41,700 nucleotides of DNA from Thermoplasmata archaeon (GCA_023265395.1 JAHFTX010000028.1:1-41700); one strand, 5' to 3'; positions 27,200 to 36,526 are shown, numbered from the stretch's first letter. Translations and numbers: made by a program. The notes: generated from the letters alone by a model not told the origin.

Positions 27200-28207
27200 C
27201 TACTCGTCGTGGCGCCTCGCCCCAGCAAGGATGTGTGTTCCGATCCGTGGATCGGTGAGGTCGGCCGCATGTTCGAGGCTGGTGATGACGGCGTGACAGC
27301 CGGTGGCCTCGACGAACTCGACGGCCGCCTGCACCTTGGGTCCCATCGAGCCGGGCGGGAAGTAATCGTGCTCGAGGAGGTTGCGCGCGTCTCCGGCAGT
27401 CAACCGGGTCAGCTCGAGGGCTTTGGTCGTGCGATAGTCCAGCAGGACCTTGGGCACGTCCGTGAGGATCGCCAACATCGAGGCGCGCAGCTGGGTCGCC
27501 AGCAACGCCGATGCCAAGTCCTTGTCGATGACCCCCTCGATCCCCCGCAACGTGCCATCGGTCCCTTCGACGACGGGGACCCCTCCGCCTCCGCAAGCGA
27601 CGACGAGCACCCCCTGTCGGACGAGCATCTCGATCGCCGGCAGCTGCAGGATCCGCAGGGGCCGGGGTGAGGCGACGACGCGGCGCCAGCTTCCAGGCTC
27701 GACCTCGATGGTGGGGATCCCTGCAGCCTGCAGCGCGGCTGCGCGGGCCTGTGGCAGCAAGGGACCGATGGGCTTGCTCGGACGCTGGAACTTCGGGTCC
27801 GCAGGGTCGACGACCACCTGCGTGACGATCGTGGCCACGTCGGGAACTGGTGTGATCCCGCGGGCGCGCAACGCTGCCCGCAGCTCCTGCTCGATCAGGT
27901 ACCCCAGCTGGCCCTGGCTCTGCGCCCCGCAGAGGTCGAGGGTCAGGGCTGGCACATGGGCGCGGGCAAGCTCCATGCGCTGGAGGATGTCCCCTACCTG
28001 CGGGCCGTTGCCATGGGTGAGCACGATGCGGTAGCCCCGCTCGATCAGGGTCACGACGCCGCGCAGTGCCAGGGCAAGGTGGGCCCGTGCCTCGTCGGTG
28101 GTGCCCCTGCTGGCGGGGGAACTGATAGCGTTGCCACCCAGCGCGACGACGATTAGCGCACCCGGCGATGGGATGGTCACGCTCCGCGACTCCGCCGAGA
28201 GCGCCAT
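27200..28207 (-). CDS. arcC: carbamate kinase
   Basis: ALIVVALGGNAI...ERGYRIVLTHGNGPQVG..., 335-aa ORF. The canonical CK N-terminus begins near IVVALGGNA, so the true start may be GTG about 28180 rather than ATG 28207. Confidence 0.78.
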   Translation of the reverse strand: MALSAESRSVTIPSPGALIVVALGGNAISSPASRGTTDEARAHLALALRGVVTLIERGYRIVLTHGNGPQVGDILQRMELARAHVPALTLDLCGAQSQGQLGYLIEQELRAALRARGITPVPDVATIVTQVVVDPADPKFQRPSKPIGPLLPQARAAALQAAGIPTIEVEPGSWRRVVASPRPLRILQLPAIEMLVRQGVLVVACGGGGVPVVEGTDGTLRGIEGVIDKDLASALLATQLRASMLAILTDVPKVLLDYRTTKALELTRLTAGDARNLLEHDYFPPGSMGPKVQAAVEFVEATGCHAVITSLEHAADLTDPRIGTHILAGARRHDE

Positions 28208-28299
28208 CGATGCGTACCAGCGCGAGGCGCTCCATGAGGCTGTTGGTCCGCTGGGCTTGGACCGGTGCCTTTTTCATCGCCGCGGCTGGGTCGCCCTCC

Positions 28300-29463
28300 A
28301 TGGGTGCCTCCAAGGGCGACCCGCTCGAGCGCCTGTCGTCGGAGCTGTATCGCTGCGGGGCCGACGAAGGTCCCGCCGCGCTCCAGCGCGCGATCGCCGA
28401 CCACATCGGCTCCCGTGGCCTGCAGCGCACGATGGTGACCACGCCCGCTGGTCCGGCATTGCTGCTGCAGATCCCCGGCCGGGTCGCGCGCCCGCACGTG
28501 CTGCTGTGGGGCCATACGCAGCTGCCGGCCGCCGCAGCTGCCCCGCAGGCCTCCCCAGAGCGGCTGAGCGGTCCGGGCATGGGCGACATGGTCGCCAGCC
28601 TGGCGATCGTCGCACAGGTGCTGCGCGATCGTGCGCGGGTGCCCCAGGGCGAGCGCGGCTGCACGGTGTCGCTTCTGCTGTGCACCGATGGTGGGACCGA
28701 GCAAGCGCTCGGCGCAATTGAGGCGCAGCTGGGCAGCGCCCTCTCCTTCCAGCTGGTGCTGGTGCCCGAACCGACGGAGGAGCTGGTCTTGCTCGGTGCG
28801 CGGGGGCGCTACGTCGTCGACCTGACCTTGCAGGGGAGCCCGGCCCCTGCAGCCCGGCCCCATCTTGGGGTCAATGCCATCGAGGATGCTGCACGGGTCG
28901 TCACGCAGCTGAACAAGACCCGACTGCGACAGCATGAGCTGCTCGGCCGCGGGGTGCTGACGGTCGGGAGCATCTTGGGGGGGCAAGGCAGCGGCCTGGG
29001 GGTCCCCGAGCGCTGCACCTTGCGGCTCGTGCGCCATGTCGTACCGGGGGAGGACCGTCGCATCGTCGTCGAGGACCTGCAGAAGGCCTTCGAGCCCTTG
29101 CAGCTGCGCACGAGCGTGCGGGTAGAGATCGACGAGGCCGCAGGGCCACAGTATCCGGCCTTCCTCACCGAGCGGTCACCCCTGGTGCGCCTCTTGCTCG
29201 GCACCCTGCGCGAGCAGGAGCAGGACCCCACCCAGGCTGAGGGTGCGGTCTCGACCTCCGGCGAAGGGCGCGTCGTCTACGGTGAGAGCGCCGGGGACTA
29301 CAACGTGCTCGGGGCGCGCTGGCCGACGGCGGTCTACGGCCCGATCGGTGGGGAGTTCGGGACGCCGGCGGAGTGGGTCGATGTGCGGTCGCTGCGCAGG
29401 GTCGGTTGGGCCATCTCCCGTGTCCTGACGGGCATCGATTCGCAGCTGGCTCGTGCCGCCTGA
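28300..29463 (+). CDS. M20-family (ArgE/DapE/carbamoyl-amino-acid amidohydrolase-like) protein with partly divergent metal-binding motifs
   Basis: M20-like motifs are HVLLWGHTQLP (cf. HxDVVP), GMGDMVASLAIV (cf. GxxDMKG), LCTDGGTEQALG (cf. EExG region) and VVDLTLQGSPAPAARPHLGVNAIE (dimerisation-domain-like). ORF 28168..29463 overlaps the carbamate kinase start; Met45 (28300) was chosen to leave a divergent promoter region. Confidence 0.45.
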   Translation: MGASKGDPLERLSSELYRCGADEGPAALQRAIADHIGSRGLQRTMVTTPAGPALLLQIPGRVARPHVLLWGHTQLPAAAAAPQASPERLSGPGMGDMVASLAIVAQVLRDRARVPQGERGCTVSLLLCTDGGTEQALGAIEAQLGSALSFQLVLVPEPTEELVLLGARGRYVVDLTLQGSPAPAARPHLGVNAIEDAARVVTQLNKTRLRQHELLGRGVLTVGSILGGQGSGLGVPERCTLRLVRHVVPGEDRRIVVEDLQKAFEPLQLRTSVRVEIDEAAGPQYPAFLTERSPLVRLLLGTLREQEQDPTQAEGAVSTSGEGRVVYGESAGDYNVLGARWPTAVYGPIGGEFGTPAEWVDVRSLRRVGWAISRVLTGIDSQLARAA

Positions 29464-29500
29464 GCGATTGCCCGCGGCAGCCACCAAGGATTATATACGC

Positions 29501-29518
29501 ACGTTCGGTTGCGAACGT
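29501..29518. promoter_or_regulatory. 18-bp perfect palindrome ACGTTCG-GTTG-CGAACGT between two TATA-like elements (TTATATA 29491-29497; TTTATAC 29551-29557) upstream of a large surface-protein gene
   Basis: Read directly from the sequence. A third GCGTTCG half-site follows at about 29528-29534. GGAGGACG lies 7 nt upstream of ATG 29582. Confidence 0.45.
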
Positions 29519-29581
29519 TGGGCGTGGGCGTTCGAGGACACCCCTGTGTGTTTATACCCTCCCCAGCCCGGAGGACGCCTC

Positions 29582-32035
29582 ATGTCGGCCGTACGTCTGA
29601 CGTTTCTGCCCATCGTTCTGCTCGCCGTGCTCGCCGCCGCGCTGTGCGTCGGTGTGGCAAGCGCCTCGACCGTTGATCAGGCCTCGACCAACGGACGCGC
29701 TACCCCGGCGTTCGAGATCTACATCCTCCCCCAGGCGCAGACCGAGACCGTCGACGACGTCAGCCACGCTGCCTTCTTCCAGTTCATCATCACCAACACC
29801 GGCGATCAGTCGGGGGACATCACCCTCGACATCAGCGGAGAGCCCGAGGGGTGGACCTTCCAGAGCTTCCCCGGCGGCACCTCGCTGAGCTTCGGTCCGG
29901 TCTCGACCACCGATGACCCGCGCAACGTCACCCTCAACGTCAAGGTCCCCACCTTCGAGAAGGCGGGCACCTACGACCTCGAGGTCCGCGCGGTACCGGC
30001 GGCACCGACCAACAACAAGATCACCATCCACGCGGTGGTCAACCAGTTCCCCGGGGTCGACCTGATCCCGCCGCCCAACATCGAGACCGACCCCGGCGTC
30101 GAGCTGACCCTGCCCTTCGTGATCAAGAACACCGGGAACGGTCCAGACAGCTACGTGCTCTACCGCGTCGACATCAGCTCCGACTGGCCCTACACCATCG
30201 GCAACACCAACACCACGCCCACCGTCAAGGCCCAGCTGCAGACCCAGAAGCAGATCACGATCACCGTGCCGGCGCCCGCCGAGGCGACGCCGCCGGGCAA
30301 GAGCGGGGTCTCCGTCTCCGTCTCGGTGTGGTCGAACTTCAACCACAGCATCGTCGACGGCGCCACCGTGCTGATCAAGGTCACCCAGCAGTACAAGATC
30401 ACCTTCTACCCCGACGAGGCCCTCGAGAAGACCACGGGCCCCGAGGAGCAGGTGGACTTCAGCTTCACCCTCGCCAACGACGGCAACGGCTACGACCTCG
30501 TCTCGCTCGACCTGGTCGCCACCCTCGACCTGTGGCAGCTGACCATCAGCGACGATGAGATCAACATCAGCTCCAGCCCACGGCCCGTGACCGTCTCGGC
30601 CATCCCTGGGGCGCAGACCACCAAGGGTGAGTACTTCCTCTCGGTCAGCGCCACCAGCAGCGGGCCGCCCGAATCCCCGCAGGTGGTCAGCTACACGATG
30701 AAGATCATCGTCGAGCAGCGGTACAAGTTCACGGTGGGCATCGACACCAACGCCTCCGGTCCGCACCCGTCGATCCCGCCCGGCGGCGTCGGAGAGCATA
30801 CCCTGACGCTCACCAACGCCGGCAACGGGCCGGACACCATCCGCCTCGAGGTGCTCAACCCGCCCCTTGGCTGGTTCACCACCTTCGACCAGGACGAGGT
30901 GACGGTGCTGCCGGGCAAGCCCAAGGACATCGTGCTCTCCATCCAGGTCTCCAACGAGAACGAGGAGGCGCTGGCCAAGCTCTACCTGCTGGCGGTGCAG
31001 GCGACCTCGACGGGGAACCTCAGCCTGGTGTGGGAGCAGAACATCTCGGTCGAGGTGGCCCCGCGGCGGGGGATCAGCTTCTCCGTCAGTGGCCCGGACA
31101 CGGTGCTGGCCAACCCCTACCAGCGCTCCGCCTACAACCACATCTTCAACCTCGAGAACACCGGCAACGCCCAAGATGACGTCCGGCTCGAGATCATCGG
31201 CGTCAGCTGGGGCCCCGAGATCGGCATCACCCCGACCCTGGCGACCGTCAACAAGGAGATCGGTGCCTTCGCCAAGACCAGCGTCCAGCTGTCGCTGACG
31301 GTCCCCACCAACACCCCGGTCGGGACCTATGACATCCAAGTCAAGGCGACCAGCCTCGGCGACCCTCGACAGAGCGTCACCCTGATGGTCCACATCCAGG
31401 TCATCGTCGAGGACATCCAGGTCCAGCCGATCCGGTTCAAGCTCGCCTCCGAGCCGGACACCGCCTTCCAGGAGTGGCGGACCTATCTCGTCAAGCAGAA
31501 CGGCGACGTGCGCCTGTCCTTCGCCCTGATCAACAACGGCACCGAGACGATCTACGCGATCAACGTCAAGGTCTTGGCGGACAACCGCGTCATCCACGAG
31601 GAGAACATCTCCTCCCTGCGCGTGCTCGAGACCTACGAGATCCGCGTCGAGTTCCCGGCGACCTTCCTCGGGCCGCACCAGATCACCGTCAAGGCCGACC
31701 TGCCGGGAGACGTCAACCGCGACGACAACACCCAGGTGGCCGTCATCGACGTCCGCGAGGAGCTGCGCGACGTCAACGACGCCAATGCGACCAATCCCTT
31801 CCGCGCCGGCTCGCCGCTGTTCTTCGTCCTGCTGCTGCTGGCGATCATCGTGGTGGTCGCCATCATCAAGGTCGCCAGCGGTCTGGGCAAGCGCTCCTCA
31901 CAGAAGGAGCTCTACTCGACGATCTACGGCCAACCGGGGGCAGGGGCGACGCAGCCGTCGGTGCTGCCGCCGCTGCTCGATGAGCACCAGCCTCCCCAGG
32001 AGCCACCCTATGGTGGGGCGCCCCCTGCCTATTGA
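29582..32035 (+). CDS. large secreted surface protein with repeated CARDB/Ig-like domains and a C-terminal TM anchor
   Basis: Signal peptide MSAVRLTFLPIVLLAVLAAALCVGVASA. Repeated motifs are ITNTGDQSGD, IKNTGNGPDSY, TLANDGNGYD, TLTNAGNGPD, LENTGNAQDD and LINNGTETIYA. There are many N-x-S/T sequons. The C-terminus is SPLFFVLLLLAIIVVVAIIKV plus a roughly 45-aa tail. Confidence 0.75.
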   Translation: MSAVRLTFLPIVLLAVLAAALCVGVASASTVDQASTNGRATPAFEIYILPQAQTETVDDVSHAAFFQFIITNTGDQSGDITLDISGEPEGWTFQSFPGGTSLSFGPVSTTDDPRNVTLNVKVPTFEKAGTYDLEVRAVPAAPTNNKITIHAVVNQFPGVDLIPPPNIETDPGVELTLPFVIKNTGNGPDSYVLYRVDISSDWPYTIGNTNTTPTVKAQLQTQKQITITVPAPAEATPPGKSGVSVSVSVWSNFNHSIVDGATVLIKVTQQYKITFYPDEALEKTTGPEEQVDFSFTLANDGNGYDLVSLDLVATLDLWQLTISDDEINISSSPRPVTVSAIPGAQTTKGEYFLSVSATSSGPPESPQVVSYTMKIIVEQRYKFTVGIDTNASGPHPSIPPGGVGEHTLTLTNAGNGPDTIRLEVLNPPLGWFTTFDQDEVTVLPGKPKDIVLSIQVSNENEEALAKLYLLAVQATSTGNLSLVWEQNISVEVAPRRGISFSVSGPDTVLANPYQRSAYNHIFNLENTGNAQDDVRLEIIGVSWGPEIGITPTLATVNKEIGAFAKTSVQLSLTVPTNTPVGTYDIQVKATSLGDPRQSVTLMVHIQVIVEDIQVQPIRFKLASEPDTAFQEWRTYLVKQNGDVRLSFALINNGTETIYAINVKVLADNRVIHEENISSLRVLETYEIRVEFPATFLGPHQITVKADLPGDVNRDDNTQVAVIDVREELRDVNDANATNPFRAGSPLFFVLLLLAIIVVVAIIKVASGLGKRSSQKELYSTIYGQPGAGATQPSVLPPLLDEHQPPQEPPYGGAPPAY

Positions 32036-32074
32036 GGGCGAGGGTACCATCCTGCGCACGATGGGGGAGCGGTC

Positions 32075-32082
32075 GCAGGCCA
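32075..32082 (+). promoter_or_regulatory. TATA-like CTTAAATA upstream of the second surface-protein gene (long leader if used)
   Basis: ACCCTTAAATACGC is about 115 nt upstream of ATG 32196. AGGAGGACG lies 8 nt before the ATG. Confidence 0.3.
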
Positions 32083-32195
32083 CCCTTAAATACGCTCCAT
32101 CCGCTTGATGGGCGGGTCCGTCCTGGCGCGTCGCAGTGGTGGCCAAGCAGCCACCCTGATGCGCGTCGGGTCGGGCCGGTCCAGGAGGACGACGC

Positions 32196-35100
32196 ATGCA
32201 GGCACCCCAGTGCACGAGCCCTAACAACGACCGTAGCGCCCTTGCCGCCGCGCGCACCCGCGCCCCGGTGCTGCTGGCGGTCGCGCTGCTGCTGCTCCTC
32301 CCCTTGGCGATCCTGCCGGCGGCCGCCGGCAACGGGGTCCATGGACGTGCCACCGACGATGCGACCATCGTCGCCATCGCCCGATCCGACACCCGGGCCT
32401 TCGACCTCGACGAACCCGGCGGGACGGTCATCGACAACAGCGTCCAGGTGGGTGTGACCGCCTTCAACATCCAAGGGACGATCAAGAACGTCGGGACGAC
32501 GCCGCTGCCCGGCGGGACGGGGCTTGGCCTCGACGTCGAAGGCGCCGACCCGGTGACCGTCTTCGCCGAGGACTTCGAGAGCGGTGCGGGAGCCTGGAGC
32601 GTCGACGACCTCACCGACGACCCCTCCTGGGAGTGGGTCGCTGCCTATGCCGGTGGCGCCCAGCCCTGGGTCCTCAACAACGGCCAGGTCACCCAAGGAG
32701 AGAGGCCGGCTGCTTCGGGCCGCTACGGCGGCAACTTCGAGCAGGCGCTCGTCTCGCCCAACATCGTCATCCCCGCCTGTCCGGCCAGCCACACGCTCAA
32801 GCTGGCGATCGCCCACGCCTACGACTCGGTCCTCAACGAGGACGGCGGGCTGGTGCAGGTCAACCTCGACAACCAGGGCTGGGTGACCGTCGAACCCTAC
32901 GACGTGTTCCTGGGCAACGCGTGGAGCCGCTACCCCTCGTTCGCCGGAGGCGACAACCCCCTCAACAGTGCCTCGGGGATCTTCGCGGGCGACAGCAACT
33001 CGTCCCAGGACGGCATCGACAACGTCGACTACTTCGAGCTCTCCGAGGACCAGCCGAACCTCAATGCCGACTTCTGCGACAACACCGGGTTGACCTTCCA
33101 GGTCCGCCTGGTGTTCACCAGCGGTGCGATCAACACGGGCCCCGGCTGGCTCGTCGATGACGTCGCCGTGGTCACCGCCGACGAGGTTGACAACTCCAGC
33201 CTCGCCGTCATCCAGGAATGGGACTTCCTGACCGACCTCGACGGCTGGACCGTCGAGGACCTCACCATCGGCACCAACCAATGGGGCCCGATGGATGAGG
33301 TCGACAAGGTCCACGGCGGTGTCGGCGCCTGGTGGTTTGGGAGCTTCAACGACCCCGACTACGAGTATGACGACGGCGCCGACTTCGCGCTGGTCCAGGC
33401 CACCGTGATGGACCTCAGCGGATTCAACGCGGCTCGCATCGGCTTCTGGCACCGCTACCAGACCGGCGCCGGTGACGGTGGCTGGCTCGAGGTCTCCACC
33501 GACGCAGGCGTCACCTGGAGCTACCTGCCGCCGCTGTTCAACGTCAGCGCCACCAACCCTGGCGCCTATCGCGCCGCCCTCAATGGCGGCAGCCCCGTGG
33601 GCGCATCGGCAGCCTTCTCGGGCACGACGGCAGCGTCCTTCGTCTACTCGGCGTTCGACCTGACCGCCTCCACCGGCGGCGGGAACACCGACGTGCTGGT
33701 GCGGTTCCACTTCTTCAGCAACTGGGACGGCACCAGCGGCGAAGGATGGATCGTCGACGACATCCTCGTGACCGGCTGGGACTTCCAGCCCCACGGCAGC
33801 GACAGCGCCGCCACCGTCGGCCCGGTCAACGCTGGGCTGACCCAGAGCGTCTCCTTCGGCACCTACGACTTCGACGCCCCCACCGACTACCGCCTCGAGG
33901 TCGAGAGCCGCCTCGCCGGCGACGGGGACGACACCAACAACGCGACCAGCATCATCGTGCGGGTCGTCGACGTGCCCCTGCTGTCGCTGACGGCGGATGA
34001 GGGCGCCTACGCCGAGGTGATCCACGGCCGCGAGTACCGCTTCAACCTCACCGTCGCCAACGTCGGCAACCTCCCCCTCGACGTCACCCTCGACGCCGTC
34101 GGCCCCGATAGCAGCTGGGACCTCAACTTCACCGATGCGGCACCCGGTGTCCTGGGCCCCTACGGGCAGTCGTCGCCGACCGCGCTGCGCGTCACCCCGG
34201 CGGTGGATTCACCCCTGGGCGAGCAGACCGTGACCGTCTCCGCGATCGGCGATGGGGGGCTGACCACCACCACGCTGGACCTGACCGTCAACGTCACCAA
34301 CCTGGCACCGACGGCGGCGATCACCCTGCCGCTGGAGGACACCAAGCAGACGATCTGGCGGCCGATCACCTTCGAAGGCGGTGGACCGACGGGTTCGAGC
34401 GACCCCGACGCCGATTCCCTGGCCTTCTCGTGGGCCTTTGGCGACGGCGCCTCGGCGTTCGTCGATGCCGCCACCAACGTCCAGCACACCTACACCAGCC
34501 CCGGCGAGGTGCACATCACGCTGCAGGTCGATGATGGGGGCCTCCTCTCCAACATCGCCGAGCTCAACATCACCATCATCGACCCCTCCCCGCGCGCCGT
34601 CCTGACGGTGCAGACCCTGAGCATCAACAACACCTACGAGTTGGGCATGCCCATCCTCTTCGACGGCACCGACAGTTCCGATGAGAACCCCGGGCTGCTC
34701 GACCTGACCTGGCGCTTCGAGGAGGGTGGACCGCCTGAGAGCGGCAACCTCTCGACCGTCGGCACCCGCGAGCACACCTACATCGAGGGCGGCTCGCACA
34801 CCGTCTCCCTGCTGGTGGAGGATGCCACGTCGTCCAACAGCACCAGTCTGACGGTCTTCGTCAACACGCCACCGACGGCCAAGATCCTGCGCCCCACGAC
34901 CGACCAGCACTTCCCGGCAGGCGACCCCATCGAGCTCAACGCCACCGGCAGCGCCGATGCCGACGGGCACACCCTCGACTACCTCTGGACGAGCACCCGA
35001 TCGGGCGAGCTGGGGTTCAAGAAGGTCTCCTTCTGGACCCCCGGCCCCGACGAGGTGGGACCACACACCATCCTGCTGCGGGTCGATGACCACAAGGCCG

Positions 35101-36515
35101 GACTGCCCGCCACTGTCGTGGTGCAGATCGTCATCGAGGCGCGTCCGCAGACCCCCCCCGAGCTGACCGCCGGCGGCTTGGTGCCCGGCGATGACTCAGG
35201 CGACGAGGCGCACCTCTTCACCTGGCGCGTCACCTATCGCGACCACGATGCCGACCCCTCGGGCAAGGTCGAGGTGCTCATCGACGGCGATGCCAAGGCC
35301 ATGCGACCGGTCGACCCGACCTCCACCACCTGGGACACGGGCGTGGTGTTCGAGTACGCCGGCCGACTGGGCTCGTCGACGTCGCACACCTACTCGTTCC
35401 GCGCCTGGGACCAGCGGATGGACGCCAACGACCTGGCCAATGCCTCCCTCTTCCCCAGCAGCGGTGCATCGCTGAGCGGTCCGACGGTCACGCGGCAGGC
35501 CACCATCAAGGTGGGGAACTTCGTCACCGTCACCCTGCGCTATTGGGGCGTGGGCCCGGCCCTCTCGGGCACCACCCCCGAGGCCGCCAGCCTCCCGACC
35601 GCACCGGCGGGGCTCCAGTCCATCCCCGGGTTCGTGGTCACCATGACGCAGATCGTCCCCTCTTCGCAGTGGCGCGGCAACGTCACGGTCGAATACAGCT
35701 TCGCCGCGGCCCGCACCTCCTTCGAGGAATCGAGCATCGCGCTCTACCGGCTCGAGGGGAGCAGCTGGGCGCCCGTCAGCGGGACCCAGACCGATTCGGT
35801 CGGCGGCAAGTTCCTCCAGACCTACACGGACCCGGCGGCGTTCACGGTCGGCACGTTCGCCCTCTTTGGCACCCCCAAGAAGGTCGTCCAGCCGCCGGGC
35901 CCCAACCCCTCACCCGGCCCCGGGGAGTTCTTCTCTGACCCGCTCTTCGTCGGCGTCGTCGTGGGGATCCTCGCAGCGGTCGGATTCCTGGTGCTGCTCC
36001 TGGTTCTGCGCCGCCGCCGGAGCGACGATGGCTCGCGATGGGCCGGCAGCGACGGTGTCGATGTCCATGAGCAAGCGACAGTCGATGAGCAGCTGACGCA
36101 TCAGCAGGCGCTCGCCAGCGCCCAGGCACATGCGGCCGACGTCACCGTGGAGGAGAGCCCGGCGGTGGCGGTCTGGACCCCTGGGAGCGAGGGTTCGCAG
36201 GCGACCAACCCCCCCGTGGTCGACCATGACTCGCAGCAGCAGCAGGTCGTCGAGCATGACTCGACCGAGGTCGCTGTCGCGAGCCAGCAGGTCGTCGAGC
36301 ACGACTCGCTGGCTGCCGAGGATGCGGCATCCGAGCGCACCCTCGCCGAGTCGGCGCTGGGCGAGCTGCAGAGCCCACAAGCGGCGACCCCGTCGCCCAG
36401 TGGCACCGCCCCCAGCCGCGACGTGCCGCCGCCCACGACCCAACCTCCAGCCACGAGCGATGAGGAGAGCATCGACAAGGAAGCGGACGACATCCTGGCC
36501 GACCTGCTCAAGTGA
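32196..36515 (+). CDS. giant surface protein: signal peptide, two ConA/MAM-like lectin-type domains, at least 3 PKD domains, a C-terminal TM anchor and an acidic repetitive cytoplasmic tail
   Basis: Signal and anchor is LLAVALLLLLPLAILPAAAG. PKD signatures are FSWAFGDGASAF...YTSPGEVHITLQVDDGGL, WRFEEGGPPESG...GSHTVSLLVED and YLWTSTRSGELG...GPHTILLRVDDHKAG. TM is DPLFVGVVVGILAAVGFLVLLLVLRRRR. The tail carries QQVVEHDS repeats. Confidence 0.8.
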   Translation: MQAPQCTSPNNDRSALAAARTRAPVLLAVALLLLLPLAILPAAAGNGVHGRATDDATIVAIARSDTRAFDLDEPGGTVIDNSVQVGVTAFNIQGTIKNVGTTPLPGGTGLGLDVEGADPVTVFAEDFESGAGAWSVDDLTDDPSWEWVAAYAGGAQPWVLNNGQVTQGERPAASGRYGGNFEQALVSPNIVIPACPASHTLKLAIAHAYDSVLNEDGGLVQVNLDNQGWVTVEPYDVFLGNAWSRYPSFAGGDNPLNSASGIFAGDSNSSQDGIDNVDYFELSEDQPNLNADFCDNTGLTFQVRLVFTSGAINTGPGWLVDDVAVVTADEVDNSSLAVIQEWDFLTDLDGWTVEDLTIGTNQWGPMDEVDKVHGGVGAWWFGSFNDPDYEYDDGADFALVQATVMDLSGFNAARIGFWHRYQTGAGDGGWLEVSTDAGVTWSYLPPLFNVSATNPGAYRAALNGGSPVGASAAFSGTTAASFVYSAFDLTASTGGGNTDVLVRFHFFSNWDGTSGEGWIVDDILVTGWDFQPHGSDSAATVGPVNAGLTQSVSFGTYDFDAPTDYRLEVESRLAGDGDDTNNATSIIVRVVDVPLLSLTADEGAYAEVIHGREYRFNLTVANVGNLPLDVTLDAVGPDSSWDLNFTDAAPGVLGPYGQSSPTALRVTPAVDSPLGEQTVTVSAIGDGGLTTTTLDLTVNVTNLAPTAAITLPLEDTKQTIWRPITFEGGGPTGSSDPDADSLAFSWAFGDGASAFVDAATNVQHTYTSPGEVHITLQVDDGGLLSNIAELNITIIDPSPRAVLTVQTLSINNTYELGMPILFDGTDSSDENPGLLDLTWRFEEGGPPESGNLSTVGTREHTYIEGGSHTVSLLVEDATSSNSTSLTVFVNTPPTAKILRPTTDQHFPAGDPIELNATGSADADGHTLDYLWTSTRSGELGFKKVSFWTPGPDEVGPHTILLRVDDHKAGLPATVVVQIVIEARPQTPPELTAGGLVPGDDSGDEAHLFTWRVTYRDHDADPSGKVEVLIDGDAKAMRPVDPTSTTWDTGVVFEYAGRLGSSTSHTYSFRAWDQRMDANDLANASLFPSSGASLSGPTVTRQATIKVGNFVTVTLRYWGVGPALSGTTPEAASLPTAPAGLQSIPGFVVTMTQIVPSSQWRGNVTVEYSFAAARTSFEESSIALYRLEGSSWAPVSGTQTDSVGGKFLQTYTDPAAFTVGTFALFGTPKKVVQPPGPNPSPGPGEFFSDPLFVGVVVGILAAVGFLVLLLVLRRRRSDDGSRWAGSDGVDVHEQATVDEQLTHQQALASAQAHAADVTVEESPAVAVWTPGSEGSQATNPPVVDHDSQQQQVVEHDSTEVAVASQQVVEHDSLAAEDAASERTLAESALGELQSPQAATPSPSGTAPSRDVPPPTTQPPATSDEESIDKEADDILADLLK
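36217..36308 (+). repeat. three imperfect tandem copies of about 21 nt (CAGGTCGTCGAGCAYGACTCG) encoding (Q)VV(E/D)HDS in the cytoplasmic tail of the 32196..36515 protein
   Basis: Read directly from nucleotides. Units are at about 36217-36234, 36243-36263 and 36288-36308 (+/-1). Confidence 0.6.
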
Positions 36516-36526
36516 GGGCGGCGGCG

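Noticed and set aside
28168-28299. N-terminal 44 codons of the M20-like ORF overlapping the carbamate kinase start
   Set aside because: Two divergent genes cannot share their first codons with room for promoters. Met45 (28300) gives an M20-like N-terminus and a divergent intergenic region; the MRLLVRWAWTGAFFIAAAG start at 28234 remains a possible alternative.
32136-32153. Hairpin GGTGGC-CAAGCA-GCCACC about 100 nt after the first giant-protein stop
   Set aside because: No following T-tract and only a 6-bp stem. It was not called a terminator, though it could be part of the 5' leader of the next gene.
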